DNA of 64,000 nt from Centroscyllium fabricii (GCA_051313645.2 JBNRSN020000006.1:40610001-40674000), one strand, 5' to 3'; shown: positions 47,176 through 60,564, numbered from the stretch's first letter. Numbers and translations: made by a program. Notes: generated by a model from the sequence alone, not told the origin.

Positions 47176-48135
47176 GAGTATTCGTGCTTCATATTGGCAG
47201 GTTGGCGAATTAATGTAAATATGCCACGATGACAAAAATAGCTCAGGATGCACACTGACTCCTTCAGGCACGTGGAACTCATGCTCCTCCCATGCGATTA
47301 ACGCGATAGAAGAAATCTCCCCCACTGTGTTTTAATACAAGACACTATCAACTGAAATTAAATATTAATAATTGGATGTCCCTGTTATTTTAATATATAG
47401 ATTTTTTTCAGTCCATTATCACTGAAGCCATCCTTCTTGCAGTAATTGCATTGTGTATTCCTGCTGTGCATATAAAACATGGCCTACTCTGCATTTAGAG
47501 ATAATTTTATAAGTGATAAAACCTGTGAAAATGGATTGCTATTTCTTCACGCAGCGCAGTTACAGTCGGACAAGTCTCGCTCGATTTTCTTTGCATCTTT
47601 TTCATTCATTTCTCAGCCCGTCTCATATGTTTTTAAAAAGTCAAAAAAAATTACAACTGTATCCCTTTTAATCTGCTCCAACATTCTCAAATTGCTCTGT
47701 TGTAACCAAAGTCTAAATACAAAACTAAGAAAAGGCTACTGCTCCAAGCAACTATGGCAACTTTTACAAACATTCCTTTAAAGAATATCAATAGATTTAT
47801 ATGTATGGCGGCCCAATAGTGTTGTGTCCAGCGGGAAATCACCTCTCTCCTTTCCCCCTCCCCCTCCATCTTAACCTGCCTGTCCACTAGATCGGAAAGC
47901 AGTCCCATGTGGCCTCCTCCAACTCGCTGCTTTGCCTGCAGTGAAGTTAAAAAAAAACTCCAGACCCAAATCAAGCCGATCCCACCGTCATTGGATCTGG
48001 GCTCCAGACTGGAGGCGGGAACTGAAAGGCCAAGTGCCGAGCGGTTCTCTCATCCTACCCCCAGGTGCAAAGGGTGCTTTGCCCCCAGGTTGCCCTTCCT
48101 CCCTGTCAGAGGTGCCATCTTCCGCATGAGACAAT

Positions 48136-49541
48136 GGGCCAGAAATTCCGATGCCTAAAGCAGATGCCCACGGAGATGCCCACGAATCAATTCAATTCAA
48201 GTTTTATTGTCATTGCAGAGTACTAGTACAATACAACGCGACGAAGACTCGACTCTCCCGAGAGTAGTGCAAATAAAATAAATAAATTACATGCAAAATG
48301 CATACAGTAGAGTACATTATCAGGCGTGCAGGTACCGGAGTTTCTTTTTAGAGTTCAGGAGGCTGACAGCCCTGGGGAAGAAGCTGTTCTGAAATCTAGT
48401 CGTGCGGGTGCAGATTGCTCTGTAGCGTCTCCCGGAGGGCAGGGGGGTGAACAGACTGTGGCTGGGGTGTGTGGGGTCTTTAATAATGTTCTGAGACCTC
48501 CGTAAGCAGCGTTTGAGGTAGATGCTTTCCATTGACGGTAGCTGTGTACCGGTAATTCGTTGGGCAGTTTTGACTACCCGCTGCAGGGTTTTCCGGTCCG
48601 AGATGGTGCAATTACCATACCAGACAGTGATGCAGCTTGTCAGCACGCTTTCTATTGTGCAGCGGTAGAAGTTGGAGAGGATGCCGGATGACAGCCTGGC
48701 TTTCTTCAGCTTCCTTAGGAAGTACAGGCGCTGTTGGGCCTTCTTAACCAGAGAGGAGGTGTTTAGTGATCCGAGATGCCCACGGATCCGAGATTTCCGA
48801 TGCTGAGGGAGAAGGGCCCTCAGCATCAAATGCACGAGTGAGTTGCACCCAGAAATTGGGCTCCAAAAGGGTGCTTTTTTTTCTGTGATTCTGTGGGCAA
48901 CGGAGCCCTCGGACGCACTTGAAAAAAGCTGCAGTAACTCGTGCGTGAGGTAGAGAGAAACGTTCTTAAACAAGGTAAGTTACTTTTTTACCTTTAATTT
49001 TAAGTTTTAACAGTTTTGGGGAGTAATGTGGCCAGATCGGTAGCGTTAAATTTTTAAGTTAAAGTTTTTTTTTTAATTTTACAAATCCGATTTTAAGTTA
49101 ATTTACCTGTTTCAAATCGCTAATTTTTAAAGTTAAATTTCTGAAATTTTTAACTATCTAGCTATAATAAAAAATCTAAGAGAAAAAATGGCAGACTTAC
49201 CTAGCGTTTCTTCCTCTGAGAAGCTGCTGTGCTCGCGCTGCTCCCCGCCGAGTCTGTGAGTGCAGCTCCGCACGTCCCTGCTCTCACAAAGGTCCGACTC
49301 GGGATCTGTGCGCATTTTTTAATTTAAATTAGGGATCTGGGGGCATTTTTTATTTAAATTTGGGATCTGTGGGCGGGGCATACACTGCGCACCTAGCGTG
49401 GCTGGACTGCCACGTTGCGAACGAAGGGGGCGGAGCCAATCGGAAATTCAGAGCATAAAAAAACTCCGATGTTGGTGGGCTTCTTAAGTGCTCCGCATGG
49501 TCCTAGTTGCCCTCCAACCAGCAAACCCGAATTTCTGGCCC
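48136..49541. mobile_element. MITE (GGGCCAGAAATTC TIR) inserted in a Deu-SINE and carrying a Rex1 fragment
   Basis: TIRs at both ends; paralog of 15997-16859; SINE resumes at 49542-49835. Confidence 0.88.
48185..48772 (-). mobile_element. Rex1/Babar 3' fragment
   Basis: KKAQQRLYFLRKLK...TTRFQNSFFP, nearly identical to 28165-28750; GAGATGCCCACG flanking duplication. Confidence 0.92.
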
Positions 49542-49835
49542 ATTAAACTGAGGTGAACCTCTCAGGTGGACGTAAAAGATCCCGTGGCACTATTTCGAAG
49601 AAGAGCAGGGGGAGTTCTCCCCGGTGTCCTGGCCAATATTTATCCATCAATCAACTTCACTAAAACCGATTATCTAGTCGTTGTCACATTGCTGTTTGTG
49701 GGAGCTTGCTGTGCGCAAATTGGCTGTCGCGTTTCCTACCTTACAACAGTGACTACACTTCAAAAAGTACTGCATTGGCTGTAAAACAGTTTGGGATGTC
49801 CTGAGGTTGTGAAAGGTGCTATATAAATGCAAGTC
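49542..49835 (+). mobile_element. Deu-domain SINE body and tail
   Basis: GTGGGAGCTTGCTGTGCGCAAATTGGCTG core; tail AAAGGTGCTATATAAATGCAAG. Confidence 0.85.
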
Positions 49836-50496
49836 TGTTTTTCTTTCTCTGTTAGAAACTCTGGACAAGCCACTGCATCGCAAAGGCTCAATGTCAGCAG
49901 AGATAAGAGCACCCACTGTGTGCAGCAACGGTAACCGAACATGCAGCTAAAGCAAGCAGAAATGAATGCATCTTACTCACGTCAGTAGAATTCATTGTAA
50001 CGGAGGAATTAGAAGCGATTGGGTTTCTGGTCTGTTTTATAAACTATCTTTTTAATCTTTTCTCGCTTTACTTCATGTACTACAGGTACTATTATTAGGC
50101 TATGAGTCTCTGTATCAGAATGGTCGTGTTGCTAGCACTGGAACACTGTGGCAAATGAGGCTTCAGAGGATTTGCACAAGACCTCTGTCTATAAGTGCAT
50201 TAACCCCATTAAATGAGTGCGTTAGGAGGGGAAAACGCTAAACTGCGCACATGAAAAATGACAGTGCTTTTTTTATTCTCTTGGAGTTTATGACATCATT
50301 TTGAATCCTTCCATCACAGAGTGGCCTTTTAATCACTCCCAGGTGACCATTCTAAAGCAGACTGTGGACCTTCACCCAGTACAGACACTAACATGGTCAC
50401 AAATGGTGTCAAAAAAGGAGTGTCATACTTTTTTGCGAGGATTATTCAGCTGTCGTTTCCGTCACAGAACAGGAATGGTTTTAGAAGAAAAGCCAT

Positions 50497-51768
50497 GGGG
50501 GGAAAATTCAGTTGGTTAGCGCCTTAAGAGGGCGTTAATGGGGCGCAAAGCAACTCGCGCCTGGGCACGGCGATATTTGCGCTGCTCGCAAAATTAACTA
50601 GACTTTTTGTGGCAGCACTAAACACTACCACCACGATCTCCTGCGCCGGCAGATCGTGACGTCAGTCGAGTGCGCAACGCCCCGGTAGCGCCCCGGACCG
50701 GATATTGAGTGGCATAGAAACATAGAAGATAGGAGCAGGAATAGGCCATTCGGCCCCTCGAGCCTGCTCCGCCATTCAATGAGATCATGGCTGTTCATCC
50801 AAACTCAGTACCCTGTCCCTGCTTTCTCCCCATATACCTTGATACCTTTAGCCTTAAGAAATATATCTAACTCCTTCTTGAATATATATAATGAATTGGC
50901 CTCAACTGTCTTGTGTGGCAGAGAATTCCACAGGTTCACCACTCCCTGGGTGAAGAAATTCCTCCTCATCTCTGTCCTAAATGGCTTACCCCTTATCCTT
51001 GGACTGTGACCCCTGGTTCTGGACTACCCGACCATCGGAAACATCGTTCCTACATCTAGTCTGTCTAGTCCTGTTAGAATTTTATAAGATTCAATGAGCT
51101 CCCCTCTCATTCTTCTAAACTCCAGTGAGTATAAGCCCAATGGACCCAATCTCTCCTCATATGTCATTCCTGCCATCCCAGGTCTGGTGAATCTTCGCTG
51201 CACTCCTTCCATGGCAAGAACATCCTTCCTCAGATAAGGCGACCAAAACTGCACACAGTACTCAAGGTGTGGTCTCACCAAGGCCCTGTACAACTGCAGC
51301 AGGACATCCTTGTTCCTGTGGCGCCCCATGCCTTACCGCCTGCCACTAGCAACGATAGGTTGAGGGGGCGTTTGGCAGTCAGGAAGGGACTGGGGGAGCG
51401 CTATTTAAAGGCAACCGTTTCCTGCCTTTTTTTGTTGGTGACATTTTTGCACCATGCTTTCTGAGAGAGAGAGAGAGAGACTTCCGGAAAGATTCAATGC
51501 TGTGTGAAGGAGTTTTGGGTACGGAGCAGCACTTTGCAGGTTCATTTTGATTTGCCCTTCCTTGCTTCGCCCGTGCTCTGAGGTAGCACCTCCCTCCTCA
51601 GCCTTTGCACCTTAAGACAGGTGTGAAGCACCTGATTTAGCGCGCCAATCACCTCCGGGGCAATAAAAGCCAAGTTTGCCGTCAGAGGCGATAAATAGCG
51701 GCAGACGCTAAACTTTGCGCACGGCCGATAATGGCGCCCCAAGCAGGGCGATACTGAATTTTTCCCCC
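50497..51768. mobile_element. Harbinger-derived MITE with nested CR1
   Basis: GGGGGGAAAATTCAG / CTGAATTTTTCCCCC TIR; third copy of the 24402 family, lacking the Penelope segment region. Confidence 0.88.
50714..51317 (-). mobile_element. CR1 3' fragment
   Basis: LYRALVRPHLEYC to 3' tail; GTGGC TSD. Confidence 0.92.
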
Positions 51769-52262
51769 ACAGTCTTTCCGATCTTTAATTACAGCTGCTT
51801 TGAGTCAATGAATTAAAATGGTTTGTTTTCTTAATCCTTATTAACATTTATGTGCGACAATCTAGATAGCTGCACTAAAACACACACAGGAATTCTCCGA
51901 AAGAAAATGCTTAAAATTAATCAGTGGCATCAATTTTGATTTTACCATGTGCATGTGGTAGCTAAGAAAAGTAATGGATACAGCACCAGGAGGCAGGTAT
52001 AATAACTGTAATGTAATCACTGGATTAACTTGCCATTAATAATTGCAAGGATGCCTTTCATGTTGTGCAAGCCAGTTACACTAGACATCTTTCTGTTTTT
52101 CACACAACTATCTGCGATGTAGCATGGGACAATTTCTACGTTAAAGGCCTCTATAAATGTAAATTTATTATTGTTGCTGCTGCATCAATGCTAAATAGTT
52201 TCAGTTCCGAATCAGCACAAATAAAGTGTGATTGAAATAAGTGTAGTCTATTATTACCCCTT

Positions 52263-52472
52263 GGGGTAGAATTTGGGTAGCGCTACCTTCGCCCGGGCAC
52301 TACTTATAGCTCCCCGAAAAAGTTAGCGCCCCGCGGCCGATTTTCCCTAGCCGTCACTGAATTTCGCGGGAGGCGTTAGCGAGGCTGCGCCCAGGCGCTA
52401 ATTGATTTGCGCCCCGTTAGCGCGGTCTTAGGGCATTAATGGGAGATGCATATCAACCAAATTTAGCCCCCC
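52263..52472. mobile_element. Short Harbinger-type MITE
   Basis: GGGGTAGAATTTGG / CCAAATTTAGCCCC ends; GCGCTAA motifs. Confidence 0.65.
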
Positions 52473-53049
52473 ATGAATTGTTCGTGGGTCAGACATTTCA
52501 GTTTTAATATGAACCATGCCTTGATCACAACAGCCTGCATTTATATAGCGCCTTTAGCATAATAAACCATCCCGAGTTGCTTCGCAGGGACATTAGCGAA
52601 CAAAATTTGACACCGAGCCACATAAGGAGATATTAGGACAGGTCAAAGCTTGGTCAAAGAGGTAGGTTTGTGTTGACGTAAAGCTGAAACCTGGTGTAGG
52701 TGTGGACATCTGGGAGTGAGCGATTGGAGTTGGCTGTTATTTTAAAGGAGACGCTAACACATTCACTAAAATACCAAAGACATTTTACATAAATACATTA
52801 AAGGGGTAATCTTTCAACTCCTGGCAGTGGCAGCACATATTGGGGATTCAAGTACTCACTGTGCACAATTATCCAAATAACATCGGATAATCATGGCTCC
52901 CCAGCAGCAGCAATTACCCCTTAAATGCTCGTGTGCTTGAGCACATTAGGAATACACCCTAAAAACATGGCATAACTCAGGTGTGAAGCTGCTGAACTGA
53001 TGGCACTTCACGTGTTGCCAAGTGATGCAAGACCGTCTTGCGGAGGTGT

Positions 53050-53452
53050 CCTCAGCTGTGGCTCAATTGGTAGAGAACTTGTCCCTGAGTCTTGAAGGTT
53101 AAGAGTTCAAGCCTCATTTCAAGTGAGACTTGAGCATGTCAGCTCGGCTGCCGCCAGTACAGTGCAGTACTGAGGGAGCGCTACACTGTCGGAGGTGCTG
53201 TCTTTGAGATGTTAAACCGAGGCCCTGTCTGCCATCTTGATTGAAGAACAGGGGAGTTTTCCTGGCCAACAATTATCCCTCAACTAACACCTAAAACAGA
53301 TGCTCTGGTCATTTATTTCATTGCTGCTTATGGGAGCTTGCTGAGTGCAAACTGGTCTGTTGTATTTTCTACATTCCGACAGTCACTATACTTCAAAAAA
53401 TTACTGCTTTTGGATGCCCTGAGGCCTTGAAAGGCACTATATAAATGCAAAG
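53050..53452 (+). mobile_element. Old full-length Deu-domain SINE
   Basis: TGGCTCAATTGGTAG A box, GTTCAAG B box, Deu core, L2-type tail. Confidence 0.75.
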
Positions 53453-54067
53453 CTTGCTTTCTCGCTCTGCAGTGGGTGCAGTAAACACTCAACTACTCAA
53501 AGAGATGTTATAAAAAATTCCCAGACTATCCAACTGAGCATCTGGGAACACTTAGACTTCATATTATTAATTCTGACAGAAAAAAAGAAGCTGAGTGTCC
53601 AGCTGACTATTCACCGACTGCTCCAATGTAACGGATATTTGAGTGTGGCTGACCGCGGGCTCTACGCAGCTCGGGTAGATATTCAATTTGTCGCTCGGGC
53701 ATAAAATTGAAGTTGTGGACCGGGCGAAAATGAAAATCGGGCGGGTTCTATAACGGGCGGCCAATCCACAACACCGGGCTTACACCTGGGCGGTGAGTTG
53801 AACATCTACCCCAAGTATTCATGTGCACAGTTACATTTCCCCCTGACTCTACATTACAGAGGTGACACAATCTGGTCGTTATCTCATTTCTGTTTGTGGG
53901 ACCTTGCTGTGCGCACAAATTGGCTGCCGTGTTTCCTACATGACAACAGCGACTACACTTCAAGAAGTGCTACATTGGCTGTAAAGCACTATGGGATGTC
54001 CGGAGGCCAAGAACCGTGCTATATAATTGCAAGTTCTATATTTTCTTTTTATGGAGCCCGTTGTATT

Positions 54068-54525
54068 TTATTTTATTCGTTGATGGGATGTTGGCGTCGC
54101 TGGCTGGCTCGGCCTGCATTTAGTGCCCATCCCTGATTGCCCTTGAGAAGATGGTGGTGAGCCGCCTTCTTGAAGCACTGCAGTCCATATAGTGTAGGTA
54201 CACCCACAATGTTGTGTAGCGGTTGTTTACAACTGAGTGGCTTGTGAGGCCATTTCAGAGAGGGCATTAAGAGTCAACCACATTGCTGTGGGTCTGGAGT
54301 CACTTGTAGGCCAGACCAGGCAAAGATGGCAGATTTCCTTCCCGAAAGGACATTAGTGAACCAGATGGGTTTTTGCAACAATCGACAATGGTATCATGGG
54401 CGCCATTACTAAGACTAACATTTAATTCCAGAATTGGTGGGATTTGAACCTATATCCTCGGAGCATTTTGACTGAGCCTCTGGCTTACTAGTCTAGTGAC
54501 ATAACCACTACACCACCGCCTCCCC
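54068..54525 (-). mobile_element. tRNA-derived SINE with RTE-type tail
   Basis: Reverse-complement copy of 59652-60130. Confidence 0.8.
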
Positions 54526-55736
54526 AGATGGGTTTACCTGCAACACATCTCTGTATGTAGGAATAGGTCCCTACTTAAAACTGTTTAAACTGAAGTGTGT
54601 AACCCAAGTACTTCATGGGTTATTGGGAAACAACAGACTACTCTGGGTACTATTATATTCCTTCCTGTAAATACTTATAGACAGTTAAATAATCACATTT
54701 GTATTTTTATTTTACACTTAGTTCCATGGTGGAGACACAAGTGTCCCAATTTAAGTTGACCATGTTACTGAGACACGGGCCCAGAGTCAGTTATTTTTAA
54801 TGCTGTTCAAGCCAATGCTTTTAAGAACCAGAATTGCCTAATGGAGCAGTTTTATGCTGTGAATATCTATTTGTCCAGAAGGATTTAACAACTCATGACC
54901 CTTGTCATGACCCTGTAGCACCATTAACTGTGAGCTAAAATTGGGATGTTATCCCTGGGCTGCGTTTGTTCTCCAGGGTAAAAGTAGCTGCACCCTGACA
55001 ATAATAACTGTACTTCCCAATCAGTCTTTCCATCAGTATTTCATGGGTTGGGTGGAGAACGTATGCCAGAGTTCGAAGGTCAGTCAAAGTCAACTGCTTA
55101 CTGGTATTTGGCTCAGCTGTTTGCATATCATTGATATTTACACCTAGTTTGGCTGTCTATACCAGTTCAACTATCTGTGTTCAAAGACCATTCGTACAGT
55201 TTCCCAGGTGTAAGTTTCAGCATTGTGATGTATTATCTTATAAACGCCGAATGGTAAGTTGAGGGAACACCATTTGAAAAAGCTGTGATAGTAAGTGATG
55301 CTAGGCCGGAGAGCTCGCAATTCCCAAAAGTGCTGAGTGTTGCAAACTCAATAGTCGTCATGTCAGCATGACTTCAAAACCAATAAACACCTCTCTGTCT
55401 ATAAATAATTTGTTGTACTATTATATCATTCCCACCATACTGGGAGGGAGACCAAAGCCTCAGACTAACTCATAATTTGTTAAATTTCCAGTTGAACTTT
55501 TTTTTTCACATAACCAATTAATAGGGAGACCTTTTCTTTATCTCATCCATTACCCAGCAGTAGTGTGTTTATTGCTTTCCTGCAAGAGCCTGCATTGCCC
55601 ATTATCAATGTGCCTCACTGGGGAATAAGTGCTGCAGCATTGCACTGCACGGTGGAGCAGGAATGCAGCACGTGCTTCATTAGAAAAATACGGACCTTCC
55701 AATAAATTAGGAGCAAAACTATTCTAGTCATTATTA

Positions 55737-55739
55737 CGA

Positions 55740-55787
<48 letters not shown>

Positions 55788-55790
55788 AAC
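55737..55790. repeat. (GAAA)n microsatellite
   Basis: Pure GAAA run, resuming at ~56295 after the CR1. Confidence 0.95.
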
Positions 55791-56294
55791 ACAGAAACAC
55801 AGAAACACAGAAACATAGAAGATAGGAGCAGGAGTCGGCCATTCGGTCCCTTGAGCCTGCTCCACCATTCAATGCGATCACGGCTGATCATCCAAACTCA
55901 GTACCCTGTTCCTGCCTTCTCCCCATATCCCTTGATACCTTTAGCTCTAAGGAATATATCCAACTCCTTCTTGAGTATATTTACTGAATTGGCCTCAACT
56001 ACATTCTGTGGTAGAGAATTCCACAGGTTCACCACTCTCTGGGTGAAGAAATTCTTCCTCATCTCTGTCCTGAATGGCTTACCCCTTATCCTTAGACTGT
56101 GCCCCCTGGTTCTGGACTCGCCGATCATCGGTAACATCCTTCCTGCATCTAGTCTGTCTAGTCCTGTTAGAATTTTATAAGTTCCAATGAGATCCCCTCT
56201 CATTCTTCTAAACTCCAGCGAGTATAAGCCCAGTTGACCCAATCTCTCCTCATACGTCATTCCTGCCATCCAGGTATCAGTCTGGTGAATCTTC
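55787..56294 (-). mobile_element. CR1 3' end
   Basis: 123-aa open C-terminal ORF2 stretch plus (GAAACACA)n tail. Confidence 0.92.
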
Positions 56295-56314
56295 GAAAGA
56301 AAGAAAGAAAGAAT

Positions 56315-57735
56315 TAGAAATTACGTTGGGGCGCTAACGTTTGAAAAGTAGAAAAAGTAGCGGCAGGCGCTAATGAGGGACGTGGAGCGCTAAATCAAGC
56401 GCTAACCACTTCTCTTCGGGCGCTAAAGTGCAAGAGCGGAGCGCATTGCTAATGACATCAGAGGCTGCTTCCCTCTCTTAAAGGGAAGGACACAACCTAC
56501 TTGTCGGCAGTTCTGCGTTGCGAGGTGACCTTGGCGGCTGCCATTACAGCCCCAAACACTCTCTCAAAGTGGCGGGCTTGGACATCTTGCAGCAATGAAA
56601 CATCAAACATTTTGAGCAGGCACCAGACGGGGGTGCAAATAATAAAGGTTGGCCGACCTGAAAACTATTGCCTTTAATTAGCGCTCCCCAAGCGGCCAGC
56701 CGAGTTGATAACGCCTCCTCTTCCTGCCGTTGTTCACGCCCGGTGATACAGCAGGGGGCGGGAGGCAACTTCACATCCGGGGCGATAACGAGGCTCTGCG
56801 CACTTTATAACATCACGGGGGAAATTTTTTTAGCACCCTGAAAATTTTTAGCGCCCCAAAAATGTTTGCGCCGTTGTGGCGCATATTCAGTTGCAGCACC
56901 CCAAGCAGGAGGTGGGGCGCTCCTGGAAGCGCTCCACCTCGTTCCTGGGGCGCTGCAACTGAATTTCTTGGCACTGCATGTCGCAGCGCCACGCTCCGCG
57001 GCACCTCACACCGTGGTACTGCAGGCCGTCCTCCCCTTCTTAAAGGGGAGGGGCCTAGCGCAGCGCGACCCAGGGACCAGCTCGGCTACTGGGGATCGAG
57101 AATGCCGGCAAAAGAGCCCGGCACTCGAAAGAAGTGCCGGGCTCACGGAGCGCAGCCGGCACTTCGCGGGTGGGGGGCTGCAGAGGAGGCCGGGACGGCA
57201 GAGGGGGCAGGTGCTGACAGGCGGCCAGCAACAAAAATGGCCGCCCGGCACTGCTCCTTTAACTTGCGCTGCCCTGGCTGCAAGTACGCCCCCGTGACCC
57301 TGCCGGAGACAGCGTCTGGCGGTAAGTCAGGGGCCACGGCTGAAGATCGCGGCCGGGGCGCGAGCAGAGTGCTGCGCACGGCAATGTTGTCATCGCTGGT
57401 GGTGCAGCGCCATGGGGCGCTAACGGCTACCGTCGCTGCCAGCCTCCCACTGAATTTCACAGGAGGCGTGGGCAGCGCCACGCCCAGGTGCCAGGTGCTT
57501 TGTACCCCATTAGCGCCCCTCTTAGGGCGCTAACGGCTGGCACAAGCAACCCAATTTCTAGCCCCATAATCTGCGAGGGGCTAGAGGCCCAGGCGGTAAG
57601 GGTTAGCGCCAGCGCTAAACCAGCATTGAAGTTTGCGGGCGTCGCTGCATTGGCCACGCCCAGTCGCTAACTCCTTAGCGCCCCGTTAGCACCAACCCCC
57701 CCCACCCAGGCGCTAACCAACCGAATTTCTCCCCC
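56315..57735. mobile_element. Large GC-rich Harbinger-type non-autonomous element(s), probably nested
   Basis: Right end CCGAATTTCTCCCCC; an internal GGGGGAAATTT (56817) ... AATTTCTAGCCCC (57565) pair with AT-containing flanks; dense GCGCTAA motifs; similarity to 43522-44292. Confidence 0.65.
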
Positions 57736-58465
57736 ATTGTAAGTAAGTAAGTGAAGACCCGTTCTATTGGCTGTCTCACTCAGATAAAGTCAGCGGGTAA
57801 CATTGTAATTGGTCAGACCTTTGCCATTGTCTTTTCCAGCCTTTTTGACAGAAGTGCTGCCAGACTATTTTACAATTAAAATTCAGTCTGTGACTCGTGG
57901 AGGGACCGCGATTCTTGCTCGTTTTATCAGTGATAATGAGTGCTTCTTTCATGTGTCAAGAAGGTTATTCAGTACTCAAGCAGCATTAAAATTAATCCAT
58001 TAAAAGAGGCGGTCATGTTAGAGCAGTGAATAAAATTCCACAGTAAATCTATCCTAGCAGGGAGACTTCCATAAACCGCTATTCCTTAACTATCATTGCC
58101 ATTCTTCTGAACCCATTTCCGTAATTATCAAGTGGCCTTTCCTTCATCTCTTTTAATAAAGTTGATACTACATTTTCTCCAACAAAAAAGAATCATTATA
58201 GTCTCTTTGCATAAATGTTAAACTTGATGAGCTGGGTTTTCCTCTCCTACAGTTAATTTAATGGTAAAGTGATGAAAATGAGAGGTAGTTTGCGATTTGC
58301 ATATTCCCCCATCCACTCAGTGGGCGAGCAAGTAGACAGTCTGCTCACATTGAGAAGCTGAGGTTGATCTGAATGGCTTGAGCCGCCATTTAAACTGCAG
58401 CATTCTTGCCTGGGGTTGCAGGCAAAAGATTTGCGATGGAAAATTGGGAGTTTCCTGCTCTTGTA

Positions 58466-58864
58466 CAGGTTGAGCACCGGTAATCCGGCACCCTCGGGAC
58501 CAGGCCGGTGCCGGACCATTGAAAATTCCGAACCACTGAAGGTTCGGGTAGAACGCTCCCCGGGGCCCGGAGCACGCGGGTAGAACACTCCCCAGGGCCC
58601 AGAGCGCGCGGGTAGAACACTCACTGGGGCCCGAGGCGCGCGGGTAGAACACTCCCCAGGAGGGAGCCCGAGGATAGAACACTTACAAAACCTAAAAAAA
58701 CAGAAAACCAAACGCCCGACGCCTTCGGCGCTCGCCCACCCTTCGCGGGAAAGGCTGGCGCCGCCGAGCGGCTGGTCCGCAAACTGAAGACCGTCGGTTT
58801 CGATTTGTGCCGGACCACTGAAGGTGCCAGACCATCGGGTGCCTGATTACCGGTGCACAACCTG
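58466..58864. mobile_element. pogo/Tigger-like MITE with internal ~33-bp tandem repeats
   Basis: TA|CAGGTTGAGCACCGG...CCGGTGCACAACCTG|TA; repeated GCGGGTAGAACACTCCC units at 58545-58680. Confidence 0.9.
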
Positions 58865-59651
58865 TACCACCACGTTTTGATTATGCTTCAGAAGAGCTGA
58901 CAACTGGGAGGTGAGGAGGAAAGAAAGTACCATTTGTTTAAAATAAAGAGCTGTCAAAGAACGTTGTTGAATTATGCCATTACCTGTGGCAGCATTTGCA
59001 TAAAATATATCTATAATAAATTCCTTAATTTTATGATGGTAATTCTTCCTTTGATATATTTGTTCATGTTGAGAGCTGTGCCTCAAGGTACTTTTTTTAG
59101 ATGAATAAAGTTGAGGAAGTCCACACTCAATTGGTATTAAATGTGTTTTAGATATAAATGCAATGACTGCCTCCATTCAATTTAGGTACCACAGTTTCTG
59201 GCTGTTTTATAGGGCTACAGATTGCGTGCACATTACAGAGAGCAAGTACAATTCCTTATTCAACCTAGGTAGCCCGATCAAGTCAAAGAAGAATTATTTC
59301 TCAATGCTCTCTGATGGCTCAGCAAGTTTCGTTGAGCCAGGAAAGATTCAGGTTTGATCCCCAGTCTGTGCTGAGGTAATTGATAATGGCCAAGGTAATA
59401 GGAGGCAGTGCTCAAAATCTTTGGGTTCGGGAGGGGAAAATCAAACGACGTTTCTACTGCTGATCGCTATCTTGTAGCTGCTGCTGGAATTGTAAGGGTG
59501 TGGTTGCCCCACGAGGACAGGATCAGACTTGGCTGTGGTGTCCTCCATCAATGAATGCCCTGCCAACATTCACAATCAAGGCTCAATGAATCATGATCAG
59601 TTGGGCAAGGTAACAAGTTTGAAGTTTTCAAGATATTAAAACTTCAAATAT

Positions 59652-60130
59652 GGGGGAGGCGGTGGCGTAGTGGTTATGTCACTAGACTAGTAAGCCAGAG
59701 GCTCAGTCACATGCTCTGAGGATATGGGTTCAAATCGCACCACGGCAGCTGGTGGAATTTAAATTCAATTCAATTTAATTCTGGAATTAAATGTTAGTCT
59801 TAGTAATGGCGACCATGATACCATTGTCGATTGTTGCAAAAACCCATCTGGTTCACTAATGTCCTTTAGGGAAGGAAATCTGCCGTCCTTACCTGGTCTG
59901 GCCTACATGTGACTCCAGCCCCACAGCAATGTGGTTGACTCTTAATGCCCTCTGAAATGGCCTAGCAAGCCACTCAGTTGTAAACAACCGCTACGCAACA
60001 TTGTGGGTGTACCTACACCATATGGACTGCAGCAGTTCAAGAAGGCGGCTCACCACCATCTTCTCAAGGGCAATTAGGGATGGGCACTAAATGCAGGCCT
60101 AGCCAGCCAGCGACGCCCACATCCCATCAA
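59652..60130 (+). mobile_element. tRNA-derived SINE with RTE-type tail
   Basis: GGTGGCGTAGTGGT A box, GGTTCAAATC B box, 3' AAGAAGGCGGCTCACCACCATCTTCTCAAGGGCAATTAGGGATGGGC. Confidence 0.8.
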
Positions 60131-60149
60131 CAAATTGTTTAAAAAAATT

Positions 60150-60495
60150 AAGGGGAACAGATAGCGTAGATAGAGAGAAACCATTTCTGCTGGTTGGGGA
60201 ATTCTAGAACCGGAGGGCATAGTCTAAAAATTAGAGCCAAAGCTTTCAGGAGTGAAATTAGAAATCACTTCTAAACAAAAAGGGTGGTCGAAGTTTGGAA
60301 CTCTCTTCTGGGAGGTCTATTGTTAATTTTAAATCGGAGATTGATAGCTTTCTGTTAATCAAAAGTATTAAGGGATATTTGCCAAAGGCGGTTTTGTGGA
60401 GTTAGGTCACAGATCAGTCATGATCTCATTGAATGGCGGAACAGGCTTGAGGGGTTCAATGGCCTACTCCTGTTTCTATGTTCCTTTGTTCCTAG
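60150..60495 (+). mobile_element. CR1 3' fragment
   Basis: Decayed TGGHSLKI/RVVEVWNSL trace plus 3' UTR. Confidence 0.8.
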
Positions 60496-60564
60496 TTTAA
60501 GCTATGTTTCCTCCTGTATGTACCATAACCATACATCTGAAATTATTCAATTCCACAGAATATG

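Noticed and set aside
56862-57533. 223-aa ORF / CpG-island promoter
   Set aside because: It lies within a GC-rich MITE with paralogs in the window, and shows no recognisable domain.
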